A stretch of DNA of 64,000 bases from Oculina patagonica (taxonomy: Eukaryota), in contig NC_135761.1 of assembly GCF_052425735.1 (NCBI RefSeq), forward strand, positions 9,052,001 to 9,116,000, in the 5' to 3' direction. The notes below the pieces were generated by a model that was given only the letters and a program-made list of their open reading frames with translations, was not told where the DNA came from and did not search any database. Every line of letters starts with the position of its first letter. Position 1 is the first letter of the stretch. The translations under genes and the position numbers were made by a program. Below are positions 25,582-49,297 of the stretch, piece after piece.

Positions 25582-28500
25582 TTCTGCCCCGTGAAAAAAG
25601 CCGACGTCTTGATCGAAACATGTATTTTTCGCACGTTGCCAAATTGTAATTTCACAAATTGAAGTAGCTTTTAAAAAAGCCAGCTTACTTCAAGTTCTGC
25701 CAATCAAAAGCGTCCTAACAAAACAAAGCTATTTTCCTTGTCTTGTCTATCTATTCAAATCGTCATCCGGCGCAAACAGCCTAGGACCAGCTGTCCCCAC
25801 TTTGGCAACACAAAATTAGTTTTTGCTTCTATTCTTACGCTTGTTTTGTACGATCGGTTTAATTGGACGACAGCATAGATCATAAAACAGCAGCACGCTT
25901 AATAAAATCGATTCTTAGTGAAAATGTAGATCAGAAAGATAAACAACAGTCAATAAAATAGGGAGAAAACTAAATCTTCAAAAAATTATAGAATAATGGT
26001 CCAATAGCAGCAGATTTCATAGTGAGGACATATTCATTTTGTGTCGTTTCCACCAAGCGGGAACAATCTCCTTTTATATATACACATATTCATTTTCATT
26101 AAACAAATAGAAATGATTTTAAGCCTTCCAAAACGCTAAACAATATCTAGGCACATGCAATTGTACTATACAAAATTTACGGGGAATAAAATGTCATTCT
26201 CCATTGGTAAGAATAAGTGAACGTTTTATTATTTCAGGGTTTAATAAACGTTGCTTCAAACTGAATAAAAAAATTAACAAAAGAACTTAATATCGTGGTG
26301 TCAAAAACCTTCAAGCTCAAATTAAAAAGTGATAAAGCAATTTTTTTCTATTGTAATACCCCTCCTCGTAATTTTTTGGTTCAACTCTTAGCTCCACATC
26401 ACACGTACGTAGTTCGAATGGGTCCTTCATGCTCGGGGTTTCCGATTTATTATGTTTTTGTATTTACAGCTGCAAGCACTGTTTACAGCTTAATCCCGTT
26501 TTACTTATCCTCTCCAGTTACGCCTTGTGTGGGGCATTAATTTTGGATCCGCTCATTCACAGCATCAAACGATTACGGTCTAGGAAAATGTCGATTTGCA
26601 TTTAGATTTGTTTTAATGTAGCCTGTTCCAGGCGTTCAGTTAGTTGAGAAGCAGCGTGAAAAAAAAAAAGAGATTTAATAGCGCAAAGAAGGGTGGAAAA
26701 AATGGCTTGGGGCTTGTTTCTTTTCAATCCGCCGTTCTTCGCTAACCAAACGCCAGGAACAGGCTGGTTTTAATTTTGATTCTGATGCACATTTCCAGGC
26801 CGTGGAGAGAATAACTTCCGAAATTAATACAGCACGTTTATCAATTTCATGTTTTTCATCAAATTGTCAAGATAAAGTCAAGATAGCAGACAGAACCAGA
26901 AAATAATTTACCCCGCCAGGCAAACTTTAAACCGCAATTAAACGAGAACTAACATCTTTGCTTGATAACCATAAAAACGTGTCATTATTCATTCTGAAGG
27001 CTGACTAGAATATTAAAACAGTGACGTCAAAAGGTCTATTCTTAGCACTATCGCTCAAACGACAAAATTCACGACTGGAGTCTAAAACGTTCGGTGTTTT
27101 TTATTGTACAAATTTCAGGGTTTTTAAAACGGCAGAGTATCTTAAAAGCATATCAGTGGAAAATTATTGTTTCTAGTCGAAAACGATTTATTAGATTTGC
27201 TATTTTCACTTACAAATTTCTGGTTTCATAAGCCTGTTTTATAAAGTGCTCTGTTTTTAGAGGGGAAAAAGAAAATGCTCGTTATGAATGAATCGAATAC
27301 ATGGAAACAAAAATTATTTCAAGCGTTTATTTAATAACAAAATAGAATACTTTCCTGGATCTGGGGCAAAGCGAGAAAATTACGTGTAAGATTGGCGAGA
27401 GACACAAGCTTATCGGCGCTTCATTCCCGCGCGACGAATCGATCGACCTAAATTTCAGAAAAACGAGCGGTGAAAAATTAACTACTTTGTAGTCTCCTCC
27501 TTATAGAAAACCTTGAGAAAGAAGCTGCTTTCAGTCCAGTCGTGTTACCTCTATGGAATCACACGATTTAATCTTTTTATTAGCGACCACTCAATACAGA
27601 TAAGGAATGCTTTATACATCTAGAAACATAACATTCTTTTTCCGTTCTCTGTGTTTTTTCATACACATCAGAGATGTTTTTTAGTTGTTTTATACACTTT
27701 GATTATTGTTCACCGCTTTAGCCGTCAGGATCAGTTTGTCGTCTATATTTTCTGTTTTTTCATTATCGAGATGTCTTCTTTAGAAATTGAATGTCTAACC
27801 AAAGGCCTGGCTAAACTAGGGAACATTGTTGCGGAAAAATTTTTCCTTGTCATGTTTCCTAGGTGGCTAAATTTGCGGGAAGCAAGGAAACTGTTTTGCT
27901 GCCTGAGTGGCTAAACACAATCTCGTTCCCAGAGCCTGCGTTCCCCTTGACCAGCGATCGGGAAAAATCAACGGCTGACGAATCCAAACCGGAAATCCTG
28001 GTTCCGGTTTGATTGTGCGCGTGCGCCGGAGATTGTGGTGAAACGAACAAGTTTTTAACAGTCAATCAGATTCAGACGCCTTTGTGGCGGCTTTTCAGAA
28101 TAGCTCAGAGGTCCCGATCCCTGGCGCAGACCTGAGGCAGAAACAGTTTGTCTCCGTGAAGCCAAATTTGTTTCCAAAACATGTTTTCCACGTAGCTAAA
28201 CTGGGAAACATTTGCCTCAACACACTGAATATTGATCTAAGGATTCGCGAGATTCTTCGGTTTCAGAAGCATAAGATGGTTTTCAATTGAGTGATGTAAA
28301 ATATAAATATATAAATATATGTTTTAAACGACATTGTCCTCGCATCACCGTCGTGGTTACGTCAACTCCGTTATACCACCCTAACGAAGTCAGGAAAAAA
28401 CACAAGAAATAAAAATTCATATTTATTTCACGAATTTTATAATTTACATCACTATTTTACTTCACTTTGCGTATCAATTTAAAAAAAATCACTAAATTCG

Positions 28501-28962
28501 TCTGAAAGCGATATAATGAACATGCGACTACAACAATAAATGAGCTATTACAAACCTATTTTGTTGACAGTAAAGGTGTTAAAGGTGTTAGAGGAATAAA
28601 AAAACATCTCAACTTCAATTGAATGTTCCTCGCCAAAAATTCTTAGCAAGAGGACTTCTGAACAATGAGTCATTCAAAAGTTCGACATGCCGCAATTTTT
28701 CAGTCAAACTATGAAAAAAATTCACAACAATGAATAACAGAAAGGTCTTTTCTTGGGCCTCAGACCCCTCCCGAGGGGGACAAGAATAAGCCTTGTGCAT
28801 GAAAACGTCAGTTGTTCCAAATTCACCTCCAAGCCTCGTTTACAGGGAATGCCTTTAAAATGCACTCTTTTCACGTGGGTATTCTTTTCACCTTTCTGCT
28901 TTAGGAATTCGTTTTATGACAAACTGCTTTAGCAATTCGTTTATGTTCACGACAATTTGCAC

Positions 28963-29189
28963 TAGCCTCCTCCGCAGGCGTCTCAAATTGAAAAGAACGA
29001 AGAAAACGAGAGAAACGCGAAAATACTGTCTTGGGCTTCCTGTGTTATGCAAACCGGAAGCGCGAGAAACAAATTTCCGGTTTCTCGCGCTTCCGGTTCA
29101 CATAACACAGGAAGCCCGAGCTCATTATGTTCGCGTTACTCTCGTTTTCTTCGGTTCTTTTCAATTTGAGACGCCTGCGGAGGAGGCTA
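28963..29189. mobile_element. Fold-back (palindromic) MITE with a 9-bp target duplication
   Basis: TAGCCTCCTCCGCAGGCGTCTCAAATTGAAAAGAAC and its inverse. AATTTGCAC flanks both sides (28954-28962, 29190-29198). Confidence 0.85.
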
Positions 29190-30377
29190 AATTTGCACAT
29201 TTGTACTTCGAAAACGAGCCTTGGAGTGACGTAAATATGCATAAGGGCTATTGCGCGCGCGAACACAGACCGTTACCTAGGCCAATGGGTCTTTCAGGCA
29301 ATGAAATGAGTTCTCAGCACCTGAAACAGCCTGGAAACGAGCATAGAGGAAGTCTGAAATGTGTTCTCAAACCTGTAAGAGCCTGGAAACGAGCAAAAAG
29401 GAAGCCTCTTTACCCAGGCTAAAATCAATCTGCACTGCTAGCCGTATTAAAAAAAAAAAACTTAATACATCGACCATACAGTGCAAATCCAATACATTGA
29501 CGCAAATACTGTAATTATATTAAATTCCCTCCCTTTTTTCGCCAAAGGAGACCAAATTCATAATGTATAAAGAAACGTGCCTCTAATGTGACTACTTATA
29601 AAGAACCAAGTGTAACACAACTTCTCCTTACGTTTTTCATAGAATTTATATCACTCCGCTTGGGAGAATTTGTTCCAATGTCAAGGCGCGTTGATCAGGT
29701 GCTTCATTCTCATAACCTATCACATTGGATCCGATAACAATATGTAAGGAGAAGTTACGAGTTCAACACTGCTTGGTGTTGGATAAAGGTTAACAGAGAA
29801 TGGTACTTCATCCGTTATTCTTGTTAAAAAAAACTGACTAGAGCTATGCAAATGTATGCTGCAAACTGCTGCTGCTACTTTGGTTTCGATGTTGTTGTTG
29901 TTGTTTTGTGGTTTTGCTTTGTTGCTAAAACCAACATTTTTTACACTGTTCTACTGCAATGAAGCCTACTAACGTAAAAAGGTAAAGGACACTGGTTTCC
30001 TTACTACCTTTTTACATTTCAGTAAGCAATATTTCACAACTTCCCTAAATTCGGAAGTGACGATATATATTTAGATTTTCTGCTTTTCTAAACTACTTGT
30101 AATTCTTAGTGATTTCTTTGATTTGGCCTTTCTTAGAGCTAGAATCTCACTCATAAAATGGAAACGTCGTTGCTTCGGAGAAATCCAAGAAATGATTATT
30201 CAACAAGCTAGTTTTTCTTCAATTCACTTTCTTGCACGCGACCATCACCAAAAGCGACTACAATTTTTACCTTATCTCTGCTAATCCTCTCAGCCTGGCT
30301 GGCGAGAAAATTTTTTTTAATACTTTTACACAATTCACTACTATTAACTCTGATAATTATCTACCGGGCAATATATC

Positions 30378-43595
<13,218 letters not shown>

Positions 43596-43981
43596 CTTCG
43601 CTCACTTTCTGTGATCTTTCCTGAACATGCAAGGAAGTAGCACGTGACCATCGGTGCTGACTGGGACACCTCCTAGCGCTCAGACCTCTCCCGAGTGATA
43701 ACGAAAATTCAACGAACATTTGCCGGCAAAATGACGAAGACGCGAACGTTATCCGATTCACTCACGACAACGTGTAAACAGCTGAGTGTTGCGTGCGTTA
43801 GCCACTTACAACAGTTCACTGATTTATAGCTCGTTTAGATTCCGTTTACTATCCGTAGATTTAGTACACCTATCGCGGAGTATTTTGCAAGACTCGTATT
43901 TTAAAAGCGACACAATTCAACAGACAGTGCTATCTTTTTGTTACCGGTGTACCGCGAAGAGGGGTTTCAAGATCTTTCAAA
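43596..43981. promoter_or_regulatory. Probable bidirectional promoter shared by VPS35 and the ABCB9-like gene, with an E-box/CLEAR-like GTCACGTG
   Basis: Divergent ATGs are 386 bp apart, the interval is CpG-rich, and CACGTGAC lies at 43641-43648. Confidence 0.65.
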
Positions 43982-46447
43982 ATGGCGCGTTGCTTTCGTT
44001 GCCGCGGTTTGGTAAAACCACTCTTTATCTGCATATCAGGAGCACTTTTGGACGTCTTACTATCTGGCGTGTTACTTATTCATGGCAAGAACATCTCCTC
44101 TTTCACTGAACATTCACAAGTGGAAGACTTCAAATTTTGCTCGTCTGTTTTTGATTTGTGGATTTTATCGTTGATACGTTCATGTGCATTATTGGGTGCC
44201 ACTTTTGGACTATTGTTTGCTAAACGCAAGATGGACGCTGTTTCCAGAATTATTCAATTCAAGAAGCCTTGGCTTTATTATAGCATTGGCGTCGTGGTCT
44301 TCGTTGTAGTAAAGTTTCTGCTCAGTACAGAATGCAGCTTGGACAAAAACTCCAAGATTTGGCAGTGGTGTTTTATGGGATGGACTGTGGGAAGTACATT
44401 CATGGCAAATGGTCTCTGGTACTTGCTTTCTAAAATTAAAGTACTGGGCATGTCTACAGAACAGGAAATTGGCTCAATACAAGAACGAGAGAGTCTCCTT
44501 GATGTTGGTGATTTTAATTATTCAGATGGCAGTGCCCCTAGTGACGAAAACCAGACCAAAAAGGAGGACGAAAGTACCATTTCTGCTTGGAGACTTATGT
44601 CATATTGTAAACCGGATATTCCTCACATTTCATTGGCATCTTTGTTCCTTTTGCTAGCAGCAACTGGTGAAATCTTCATTCCCTATTATACTGGGCAAGT
44701 TATAGACAGCATCGCAATTGAGAAGGACAAGGCTAAATTTATGACTTCCATTCTCATAATGACACTGATTTCGCTGGGTACAGCTATTGCTGCTGGTTTG
44801 CGAGGTGGTATGTTTACTTTAATTGCTGCAAGGTTTACCAAAAGAATCAACAACCTTTTATTTGGCTCAATTGTAAAGCAAGAAATTGGATTTTTCGACA
44901 GCACAAAAACTGGTGATATAGTCTCACGTCTGACCTCTGACACAACAAAAATGTCTGATCAAGTTGGATTGAACATTAATGTATTCCTTCGTAATTGCGT
45001 CCAATCCATTGGAACATGTGTCTTTATGTTTAAACTCTCATGGAAGTTAACCATTGTTACTTTGATTGGTCTTCCTCTTGTCGCATTTATTTCGGACATT
45101 TATGGAGAATACTACAAGAAACTGTCAACACAGGTGCAAGAAGCAACTGCCAAAGCAAACGAAATTGCTGCAGAAGTTGTCTCTTCCATGAAGACTGTTC
45201 GCAGCTTTGCAAATGAAGATGGTGAATACAAGCGTTATGAGAACAAACAAGAAGCTATATATAAACTCAGAATCAAGGAATCATTTCTCTACGGAGGCTA
45301 CAGATGGTGTACAGAAATCCTTGCTCTTACCCTCGACGTTGTAGTCCTTCTTTATGGTGGTCATTTAGTACTTGAAGGAGAGCTCAGTGGAGGCTACCTA
45401 GTTTCCTTTATATTGTACCAGTTGCAACTTAGTTTCTACATTGATGAAGTTGGTGAGATTTACACAGGTCTTATGGAAGCTGTGGGTGCTTCTCAGAAGG
45501 TATTTGAGCTTATTGATCGCAAGCCTAAAATCCAGGACAATGGTATTGTCACACCTGGTGAAGTTTCAGGTGAAATCAGGTTTCAGAATGTCTCATTTGC
45601 ATACCCCACAAGGCCAGATATTTCAGTTTTAGACAATGTGTCTTTTAGTGTGACGCCAGGAGAAGTGATTGCACTTGTCGGTCCAAGTGGCGGCGGAAAA
45701 AGCACTTGCATAAGTCTTCTAGAACACTTCTATGAACCAACAACTGGGGAAGTTCTGATTGATTCTATTCCAGTAAAGAATTTTGAACACAAATATTTGC
45801 ACAGCAAAGTAGCGCTGGTTGGTCAAGAACCTGTTCTTTTCGCCAGATCGGTCAAGGAGAACATTGCGTATGGCCTTGACAGTGATGGCGAGATTGATCA
45901 AAGTTTGGTAGAAGATGTGTCCCGACTTGCCAATGCACACTCTTTCATCAGTGACATGCCAGAGGGTTATGACACCGAAACTGGAGAGAAGGGCTTACAG
46001 TTATCAGGTGGACAAAAGCAAAGAGTTGCCATTGCTAGAGCGCTGGTGCGAAATCCAAGAATACTCCTCCTCGATGAAGCGAATAGTGCTCTAGATGCCG
46101 AAAGTGAGCATCTCGTCCAGGATGCAATTTACAAGAATTTAACTGGCCATACAGTTTTGATAATAGCCCATCGCTTGAGTACTATAGAGAAAGCTGACAA
46201 GATCGTGGTTATTGACCAAGGTAAAGTCATTGCCCAAGGGAAGCACAGAGAACTTGTGGAACAGAATGGACTGTATGCAAAACTTGTTAAACGTCAAATG
46301 TTAGGGCTTGAAAAGAAGAATTCTGTGACTGACAATGCACAGCATTCAGGACATGGTCACAGGGATCATGCTGATTCAGAAAGTAGTGACAGTGGCAGCT
46401 CTAATCTTTCTTCTAGCCCACGCATTTCAGCTTTGTCAAAAATGTGA
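43982..46447 (+). CDS. ABCB9: ABC subfamily B half transporter, ABCB9/TAP-like (TAPL) peptide transporter, intronless, 821 aa
   Basis: Extra N-terminal hydrophobic TMD0. Core TMD with GEIFIPYYTG, GLRGGMF, QEIGFFD, SRLTSDTT, SWKLT, MKTVRSFANE. NBD with Walker A GPSGGGKST, Q-loop VGQEPVLF, signature LSGGQKQ, Walker B LLLDE, H-loop IAHRL. Confidence 0.9.
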   Translation: MARCFRCRGLVKPLFICISGALLDVLLSGVLLIHGKNISSFTEHSQVEDFKFCSSVFDLWILSLIRSCALLGATFGLLFAKRKMDAVSRIIQFKKPWLYYSIGVVVFVVVKFLLSTECSLDKNSKIWQWCFMGWTVGSTFMANGLWYLLSKIKVLGMSTEQEIGSIQERESLLDVGDFNYSDGSAPSDENQTKKEDESTISAWRLMSYCKPDIPHISLASLFLLLAATGEIFIPYYTGQVIDSIAIEKDKAKFMTSILIMTLISLGTAIAAGLRGGMFTLIAARFTKRINNLLFGSIVKQEIGFFDSTKTGDIVSRLTSDTTKMSDQVGLNINVFLRNCVQSIGTCVFMFKLSWKLTIVTLIGLPLVAFISDIYGEYYKKLSTQVQEATAKANEIAAEVVSSMKTVRSFANEDGEYKRYENKQEAIYKLRIKESFLYGGYRWCTEILALTLDVVVLLYGGHLVLEGELSGGYLVSFILYQLQLSFYIDEVGEIYTGLMEAVGASQKVFELIDRKPKIQDNGIVTPGEVSGEIRFQNVSFAYPTRPDISVLDNVSFSVTPGEVIALVGPSGGGKSTCISLLEHFYEPTTGEVLIDSIPVKNFEHKYLHSKVALVGQEPVLFARSVKENIAYGLDSDGEIDQSLVEDVSRLANAHSFISDMPEGYDTETGEKGLQLSGGQKQRVAIARALVRNPRILLLDEANSALDAESEHLVQDAIYKNLTGHTVLIIAHRLSTIEKADKIVVIDQGKVIAQGKHRELVEQNGLYAKLVKRQMLGLEKKNSVTDNAQHSGHGHRDHADSESSDSGSSNLSSSPRISALSKM

Positions 46448-46889
46448 TCAAACTTACAGTAGCTAATTACTGACTTAAGGTTCCAGGTGAAACCAAAGAC
46501 ACAATGACAATGCTGCGCAACATGGCATTTAACATTTTAAATTTGAAAAGAACAAAATTAAAAGGGCTAAGGGAAAAGTATTTTAGGTAATTTTATTTTT
46601 TTTTCGTTGAGTAAGAGCTCTAAACTTCAAATTGGCCGAGCAAAAGTCTTTTTATCTGGCAAAATCCAGGCCACAAAACAAACAAGGATGATCTTCAAAC
46701 ATTGTAAATAACACTTTCATACAAATTGAGATAAACTTGAAAAAAGTTGGGCTGACATTTTTCAAGTTTACCTGAATGCAATCTGTTTTAATCTTCTCAC
46801 ATTTTGCCCAACCAAGCCCATTTCTGGCCTTTCTGTGTTCCTTTTGAGTTCTTCTACAGTTTTAAGCCAACGTTTAGTGATATTTAAGT

Positions 46890-47380
46890 TACCGAATTTA
46901 CTCGAATAAGCGCCGCTTCCGAATAAGCGCCGCCCTCAAATAAGCAATGCATTTGGAACAAAAAATAATAATAAGTGTCGCCCCCAAATAAGCGTCGCAG
47001 TTCGAATGCGGCACTTATTCAAGGAATTCCGTTTAACTAAAAACAACACAACAAAGCAACTCTTAAACAACTTGGACATATCTTTCCATTAAAAGCGATG
47101 TTTTGCAGTTCAAAGTGATTGTTTAACCGCCCGCCCATTAGTTTTTCTATTCAACATTTTTACAATTCTTAGTTCCGTTTATGTTGCGAAGGCCGCAATC
47201 TTTGCCAGGACAGCTAGCGCCAGTTCTCTCTTTAAAAAAAGATGGTTACTGACAATCAAAAGATGCTATTTTCAATTACTGTTAAAGATAAGATTCTTTG
47301 TGGATTCCAAATTTTAAATAAGTGCTGCACTCGAGGCACGAAAAATTAAATGAGCGGTGCTTATTCAAGTAAACAGGGTA
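46890..47380. mobile_element. Tc1/mariner-pogo-type MITE (TA-flanked) with AATAAGCGCC sub-terminal repeats
   Basis: TACCGAATTTACTCGAATAAGCGCCGC ... GCGGTGCTTATTCAAGTAAACAGGGTA. Confidence 0.75.
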
Positions 47381-47989
47381 ATTCTATGACCAGTTGGTCA
47401 GTGCCAAAACTGCCTACAATTGCGTGACATAGCCCCTTAAGGCCACAAGGCAAATTGTTGTCACAATTTCCCACTTTATTTGTAGCCAAAAGGTAATTAT
47501 ATTTAAAAATATTTGTACAAGTCTCAGCTCTTTTGCAGTATTTAATATGTATTTGTTATTAAAACAACTGATTGGTCAGGTACTGCTTATGGAAAGCATA
47601 AAATTGTACCCACCTCTATGTGTAAATTCATTTCCTACGCTACCCCTAGAACATTTTGAAACCATCACATTGAGAGCTGCCCAACTTGACTGCTTTGCAA
47701 TTTTTCATTCTAATAGGGTTAGCTAGAGGCCTGAGATACCTTATAGTGTATTTTGATGTTAAAATACATGCCCAACATTCTGGCATGGTTTGCAAGGACA
47801 TTTACAGTTAAATGATGTAAATGAAGAACATTTTGATTTTACTGTATTTTTTTGTTACTAAGTTATTGGGCAAACACTGATTCTTCACTCGTGGAGAATT
47901 AACAAAATTTGGGATCACAAATGTGTTACCATCTTTCAAAATATCAATAAAAGAGCCAAAGGCTTGGTTGTATTTAAAATTTCTTTGTT

Positions 47990-48180
47990 TGGCCTGATGA
48001 TTAGGTTACTAGACTCCAGATTTAGCAGTCTGGATTTGAGTTCGGCCAGTGTCATTGCCATGTCATGTTCTTGGTAAAGACACTTTACTCTCAAATATCG
48101 TCTCTCTAGCATCAAGGGGAGTATAAACGGGTTCCAGCAAGCTGTACAGGCAACCTAAAAAAAAATGCTGGGCTGGGGGA
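47990..48180 (+). mobile_element. Degenerate tRNA-derived SINE, same family as the 12832 copy
   Basis: GACTCCAGAT...TGTTCTTGGTAAAGACACTTTACTCTC...GTATAAACGGGT. Confidence 0.6.
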
Positions 48181-48464
48181 GGTGGTACTCAAATCTTGCC
48201 CAAGGTCCAAAGCCTTACCCTTTTGTATACCATTTAATTTTTGATTAGAAAAAACTCTTGAATACCTTCAATAGAATATGTTACCCATTAAGGTATTTTG
48301 AGGTCTGCTGTTTCTGGCAAGGTGGAAACATGTTTACAGTGTCTAACATAAGATGGGACTGATATGTACAGCGATGTCTGCAGTGTATTCCTTATTACCT
48401 TTTGTTCTAATCTTTCCTTTATTTTAACTTAACTGTTACTCATCATTTTGTTTTGCGGGGTTGG

Positions 48465-48869
48465 CCCGGGGGCTCTACTCAAAAAAGTTTTATACGGGGA
48501 GGCTCCGCCCCAAGTTCTAACCCCTTACCCTTTTATATACCATTTTTCACAGAAATTGTACCCCTTTCGTATACCTTTAACTGAAAAAAGGTACCCCTTT
48601 CATATACCTGAGAGACATGGCGTGGACTTGAAATAGGACGTTTTCTTGTCATTTTTATGTAGCGCTTATAAATTAAAATAATACAACCGTAAATTGCGTC
48701 CGTTCGAAATATTTTAATTAAAGGCCCTTTTAAATAGCCAAATGACAGATTTCCATACCCTTCCGTATACTTAACCTCGTGTAATCCCTACCCTTTTATA
48801 TACCTGAAGCCTGAAAAAGGTACCCCTTTCGGGCGGAGCCTCCCCGTATAGGGAGGTACCCCCCCCGGG
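48465..48869. mobile_element. MITE with CCCGGGGG termini
   Basis: Inverted sub-termini TATACGGGGAGGCTCCGCCC / GGGCGGAGCCTCCCCGTATA and internal TACCCCTTT repeats. Confidence 0.7.
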
Positions 48870-49049
48870 GGTTGGATGGACTTGGATGGTTTGGAGATGT
48901 GGGGGTGGGGGCTGCCTGCCATAAGCAAGGTGTGATAAATAGATTTTTGAGGGGATCAAGCAATGAAAGTTTCTTAGTATTTTTTTTTTAGTTCTCTAGG
49001 GCTGGGTGACCACAAACGACTCTGACTGTTCACAGCAATGTCATTTTGT

Positions 49050-49297
49050 GATTTTTCAAAATACGGTTCGCGCGCGGGGTGTCATTTCAAATCACGAGAT
49101 CACGCTATATAAACGCCGTTGAAGACTGGGGCGGAATTTCTAAAGTATCACGTGACAGGCTAAGCCTCCGGGCGCTCAGTTTCAAATCGATCGTCCTTTT
49201 GAACGGTTCGAACTTGGACTTTACAAAGCAAAATTTTCACAAAAGACTGCATATCCAACGACAAAGCCGTCCTTATGAGATAAAGTTGCAGACGAAA
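49050..49297 (+). promoter_or_regulatory. Anillin proximal promoter with clustered CHR-like (TTTGAA) motifs, an E-box and a TATA-like element
   Basis: TTCAAA at 49055, 49086 and 49181, TTTGAA at 49198, TCACGTGAC at 49148, TATATAAA near 49106, CpG-rich. Confidence 0.5.
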
